NCBI GenBank assembly: GCA_026419655.1
Contig: JANZZA010000549.1
Span: forward strand, 1-39,651
Source of the DNA: Armatimonadota bacterium
GTDB lineage: Bacteria; Armatimonadota; Zipacnadia; Zipacnadales; FEN-943
Direction of reading: 5' to 3'
Length of the DNA: 39,651 bases
Positions within the stretch are counted from its first letter, which is position 1. The number at the start of each line of letters is the position of its first letter. A program made the position numbers and the translations under genes. Below are positions 35,997-39,651 of the stretch, piece after piece. The notes beneath the pieces are model-generated. The model searched no databases. It had not been told where the DNA came from and saw only the letters and a program-made list of their open reading frames with translations.

Positions 35997-38900
35997 CTAG
36001 CGCTGCAGGGTCACGGTGCGCACCGCTTGAACCTGAGTGCCGTCTTGGGAGCGAGCGCACAGTTTAACGAGATAAATGCCACGTGGCACGGGTGTCCCCG
36101 ACTCCCCGCGAGCATCCCATACGACAGCGTTCTGTCCGCTCGCCATAAGCTGGCCTGTTCGCAGCCGCCGTACTGTTCGCCCGGCGATGTTGAGTACCTC
36201 AATGTCACAGTAGGCTGGTGCCGATAGTGTAAATGCCACTTCCACTCCGCCAGCCGTGCTTCGCACGGACACTGCCGTCACGGTCAGCGTGGCTTTGGCT
36301 TCTCTTGTGACGGAAAGTTCGAATTGCCGCTCCTGAGCCCCCACCACTTCCACGCGCGGACAGCGGCGCAGGTCAACGACGCGCCCGGTTTCCAGGTCAC
36401 GCAGGATTATATCATACTCCCTTGGAATACCAGCAATCTCATCCGCTTGGAGCCAACTACGTTCATCACCTGCTGCCGGCTGGACTACTATTCGCCAGGT
36501 CAGTCTGTTGCCTGGCCGGCGCGCCACCGCAGCCCACTCTTGATCTGCATCGCGCAAAAACAGCCGGGGCGCGCCGGGGGCTGCTGGCGGTTCAGGAGCC
36601 GGGACTACGTTCTCCCGCGCTACCGCAATGAAGTTGTCTACGTCGGCGCCGCCCCCACTCCCTTGGACCTTCAGCCTGACGCGCCAGTCAAGCTTTGGCG
36701 TGCTGTTAGCCGCCTCTCCAGCAGCCGCCTGCGCAGCTACCGGCTTGGTGCCGCCCGTCGCCTGTGCCGCACCTGTGGGCCGTACCAGCACGAGCGTGCA
36801 AGTTTTGTACGCCCTGAACCAGAATCCAGCCCACTGGCTCACAATCGCCTGTCCAGTCCACTGCGCTGACTTCATAAGGTACGTTTTAGCGGCTGGATCC
36901 CACACCCACACTGCCGTAGATACGTACCCGTTTTGTTCGGCTGCGCGTAGGCTCATATAGGTCGTTCCGGCCACGATTTGCGCCTCGCCCACGTCGAGGT
37001 CAGCGAAGTACGGGTTTCCTAGAAGCACCCATCCATCTCGCAAGGAGGTACTGAAGTTCCCGGAGGAAGCTGTCTGGCCTCCGATAAGGACCTGCGTGTC
37101 AGCCGGCAGATATAGCCAAAACCCTCTGCCCAGAGCCATCTTCGTCCGATCGGTGAGAGTGTCTCCTGGAGCGTAAGTGTAATATCGCCCGCCGGATACG
37201 TCCCAGTTGGCATACTTAAACGGCTTACCCGCCCCAACAAAGCTCACCGGGTCGCCGTCGTAGGGCACAGCGGGCGCCCCCATCATTCGCAACCCCGCCG
37301 GAATCGTCATCGGCGTATTGGGCATGCTGCATACGGGCCCTGCAACAGTGACTGCTGGGTCATAGTTTCCGGCCCTGTCAAGGGCGACCACCGCGTAGTA
37401 GTAGTCCGTGTAGTCAACTACAGAAGTGTCCGTAAAGGTCCGGACCGATGGGTCGGTGACCCGGGCAATGGGGCTCCTATTGCCGAGGTCACTGAAGGAC
37501 ACGGTATCACGATAGATGTTGTAGCCGGCGCAATCAGAGGGTGGGGAATAGGGACGCCAGTCCAGTTCGATGGCTCCACCGTTGTCACCCGTCCTGTCGC
37601 GTGCTGTCAGGTTGGTCACGGGCGGCGGCGGCAAGTCGTCGCGGGACGTGACCGGACCGACTGGGTCGCAGTAGCCCACCAGGGTGCCGTCCGTAGCCCC
37701 CACTTTGTAGTAATACTTCGTCCCATCCCGCGTCGTGCTGTCGGCGTAATGGTCGTTACCAGCAGGCACTTGGGTAATCTGGGTGAAATCGGTTTCGGTT
37801 TCGGCCCGCCGCAGGACCAAATAGCCGGTCACCGCTCTGCTGCCCGAGCCATCATCGAAGGACAGCGTCCAGTTCAGGGTGATACTTCCACCTTGGTCCC
37901 GCGGGGTGTCCTGTGCGGCCAGATTAGTTACGGGTCGCGGGGGCAAGACGAGGCCCAGGGCCCGGGGACAGTACAGTCGTCCGCCCATGGCGCCAGCGTA
38001 GGTACCCAAAAACCTGTCAATGTTGTCGGCCGTCGAGCGGAGCCGTTCGCCAATCTGGTCATTCGTTAGTGAGGGGAACACAGCCTTCACTAGAGCTGCC
38101 GCACCCGCCACCATAGGGGCGGCGAAAGATGTGCCAGTGTTGGTGTAGAAATACTCCGTGAACCCATAAGCAGGATCATAGCATGCAGGACCGTATATCC
38201 TTTCGCCAGGTGCACAAAGGTCTACCCAGTGACGGCCGGAGGATGTGTCCCAGTTTGAGTAGCGCCCCTTCGCTTCGTACTGGTCCGTGTAGCCGACGCC
38301 TATCACATAGTTGCTGGCTCCGTCGTTGCACACTGGCGACTCAAGATAACTGTCCGTGAGAGCGCGGGTTGAGTTCCCTGCGGCTGCCACCACGACTATC
38401 CCCTTGCTGTGGGCGGCTGCGATTGGCGTATTGAATATTGTGCTCCACGGTGCGCCTACACTGAGGTTTATTACTTCGGCCCCGTTGGTCACGGCGTAGT
38501 TTATCCCGTCCACCACGGTCTGGAGATCTGTCGCGCCGTCTGCCGGGAAGATTTTTATCGCCATTATGCGAGCATTGGGATATACGCCTGCCGTGCCGTA
38601 GTTGTCGAAAACGGCCGCCCCAGCTATACCTGCTACCAGGGTGCCATGCGAGGCATTCTCGTCTGGGGTACCGTCGCCGTTCTCATCACGACCATTTGGC
38701 CGTGGATTCGGGTCGTTGTTGTCTTCTGCAAAGTTCCAGCCGTGAATATCATCTACGAAGCCGTTGCTGTCATCATCTATTCGGTTGCCTGCTATCTCGC
38801 CCGCATTTTTCCATATTTTTCCAGCCAGGTCAGGATGAGCGAGATAAACGCCCGTATCCACAACCGCTATCACCGTAGCGCGCCACGCGCTGGCCGGCTT

Positions 38901-39407
38901 TGCATCCCAGGATAGCGGCGTTCCGATGAGAGGATGGTGGTACTGCTTTCGGTATTCAGGCGTATCTGGAACGTAGGCCGGGTGAACAACTACGTCCAGA
39001 CCCACTTCAGCTACCTCCGGCCTAGCCCGAAGGGATGACTCCATTTCGAAAAGTTGCTCCGGCGCGACTTCCAGCGAAGCCATGCCGAATAGCGGCCAGT
39101 AACGGTCTACCTTCGCGCCCAAGCGTTCACTCACGGCTAACTTGACGGCCTGCGGAAAGGGGCCCACACGCTCCAGGTAGCCAGGATGGAATCTAACCAA
39201 CAGACGGTCCGCTCGGGCCTCCGGTTGGGCCACCATCATGGTGCGCCCGAAGGGGATTGCCATGGGCGCAACCCCTGGGACTTTCACAGTCGGCCACGGG
39301 TGCCGCGGCGCCGCCAAAAGCCCCTGGCCCCAGATCCCGACAAGCGCCACTGTTGCCGCCGCGACGCGAAACCGGCAGCACTTAAACGCATTCACCAGCT
39401 TTTCCAT
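35997..39407 (-). CDS. Secreted S8 (subtilisin-family) serine protease with a propeptide, two FN3-like domains, ~350 aa of unknown function and a FlgD-Ig/T9SS-CTD-like C-terminal domain
   Basis: Catalytic triad contexts are VIAVVDTGV (Asp), SHGTLVAGIAG (His) and GTSFAAPMVAGAAAL (Ser). An Asp/Asn-rich insert reads DDDSNGFVDDIHGWNF...DENGDGTPDE. The FN3-like starts are PVTNLAAQDTPRDQGGSITLNW and PVTNLTARDRTGDNGGAIELDW. The N-terminus is signal-peptide-like. Confidence 0.92.
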   Translation of the reverse strand: MEKLVNAFKCCRFRVAAATVALVGIWGQGLLAAPRHPWPTVKVPGVAPMAIPFGRTMMVAQPEARADRLLVRFHPGYLERVGPFPQAVKLAVSERLGAKVDRYWPLFGMASLEVAPEQLFEMESSLRARPEVAEVGLDVVVHPAYVPDTPEYRKQYHHPLIGTPLSWDAKPASAWRATVIAVVDTGVYLAHPDLAGKIWKNAGEIAGNRIDDDSNGFVDDIHGWNFAEDNNDPNPRPNGRDENGDGTPDENASHGTLVAGIAGAAVFDNYGTAGVYPNARIMAIKIFPADGATDLQTVVDGINYAVTNGAEVINLSVGAPWSTIFNTPIAAAHSKGIVVVAAAGNSTRALTDSYLESPVCNDGASNYVIGVGYTDQYEAKGRYSNWDTSSGRHWVDLCAPGERIYGPACYDPAYGFTEYFYTNTGTSFAAPMVAGAAALVKAVFPSLTNDQIGERLRSTADNIDRFLGTYAGAMGGRLYCPRALGLVLPPRPVTNLAAQDTPRDQGGSITLNWTLSFDDGSGSRAVTGYLVLRRAETETDFTQITQVPAGNDHYADSTTRDGTKYYYKVGATDGTLVGYCDPVGPVTSRDDLPPPPVTNLTARDRTGDNGGAIELDWRPYSPPSDCAGYNIYRDTVSFSDLGNRSPIARVTDPSVRTFTDTSVVDYTDYYYAVVALDRAGNYDPAVTVAGPVCSMPNTPMTIPAGLRMMGAPAVPYDGDPVSFVGAGKPFKYANWDVSGGRYYTYAPGDTLTDRTKMALGRGFWLYLPADTQVLIGGQTASSGNFSTSLRDGWVLLGNPYFADLDVGEAQIVAGTTYMSLRAAEQNGYVSTAVWVWDPAAKTYLMKSAQWTGQAIVSQWAGFWFRAYKTCTLVLVRPTGAAQATGGTKPVAAQAAAGEAANSTPKLDWRVRLKVQGSGGGADVDNFIAVARENVVPAPEPPAAPGAPRLFLRDADQEWAAVARRPGNRLTWRIVVQPAAGDERSWLQADEIAGIPREYDIILRDLETGRVVDLRRCPRVEVVGAQERQFELSVTREAKATLTVTAVSVRSTAGGVEVAFTLSAPAYCDIEVLNIAGRTVRRLRTGQLMASGQNAVVWDARGESGTPVPRGIYLVKLCARSQDGTQVQAVRTVTLQR

Positions 39408-39651
39408 CGTCTACTCATTATACGCGGCCCAGACAGCCCGTGTTCCCGCAAGGGCCTGCCTTACCCCAGGCGGAACAGACACGCGGGCGCGGTAGTGCTT
39501 CTCTCGTTTTAACGCTTCCCTTTCAGCAGCCACCTAAACCACCAGAAGACAAGGTAGGCGGACATTTCCTTTGGTCACCGCTTGACGGGAAAAACGTTCC
39601 CACCGGCCTTTTCTCGCAGACATCCCCGTCTTTCGGTTGCCTCCGTGCGCC

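Noticed and set aside
39509-39565. 18-codon hydrophobic ORF MSAYLVFWWFRWLLKGKR on the minus strand, ~100 nt upstream of the S8 protease. It resembles a type I toxin or leader peptide. A 24-codon open frame also enters from the right window edge (39575-39649).
   Set aside because: ORFs this short arise by chance. The AGGA lies only ~1-2 nt from the ATG, and there is no antisense-RNA or conservation evidence. The edge fragment is too short to interpret.
1-39651. Window-wide look for CRISPR repeats, long direct or inverted DNA repeats, IS elements, integrases, RT/DGR, toxin-antitoxin pairs, restriction-modification or other defence genes, and biosynthetic clusters.
   Set aside because: None was recognised by eye. 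The only repeats are protein-level domain repeats within single genes. A computational repeat and HMM scan would be needed to exclude cryptic elements.

Overview
GC-rich (roughly 60% by eye), densely coding bacterial chromosomal segment. It holds 24 complete CDS plus one 5'-truncated CDS, and many neighbouring genes are separated by 0-25 nt or overlap. I recognised no rRNA, tRNA, CRISPR array, transposase, integrase or phage genes.

Most of the content is housekeeping or envelope-related:
- comM, a flavodoxin-like protein and an OmpR-type response regulator.
- A long minus-strand gene string: rpiB, dCMP deaminase, WecA/TagO-like transferase, wecB, AI-2E transporter, uppP and a K+-independent H+-pyrophosphatase (hppA).
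- Two soluble GAF-type histidine kinases and an S1-domain protein.
- A class A and a class B PBP followed by tldD/pmbA, and a NupG/YegT-like MFS permease.

The accessory-looking part is three large secreted proteins: a ~778-aa glycoside-hydrolase-like protein, a 1,487-aa beta-helix/Ig-repeat protein, and a 1,136-aa S8 protease with a small Ig-like lipoprotein downstream. The 1,487-aa protein and the S8 protease share a FlgD-Ig / T9SS-CTD-like C-terminal domain.

I did not find a clear-cut, self-contained novel system; there are no defence, toxin-antitoxin, reverse-transcriptase, nuclease or biosynthetic-cluster hallmarks. The best leads are:
- the shared C-terminal sorting-like domain;
- the kinase / giant surface protein / ADP-ribosylglycohydrolase neighbourhood;
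- the Cys/His repeat tail of PBP1A and the PBP-TldD/PmbA linkage;
- the AI-2E transporter embedded among undecaprenyl-phosphate-cycle genes;
- two unusually long non-coding gaps (about 16.0-16.5 kb and 25.7-26.3 kb).

Taxonomic guess (inference only): a PVC-group or Armatimonadota-like bacterium. All functional calls come from motif recognition by eye; no database search was run.
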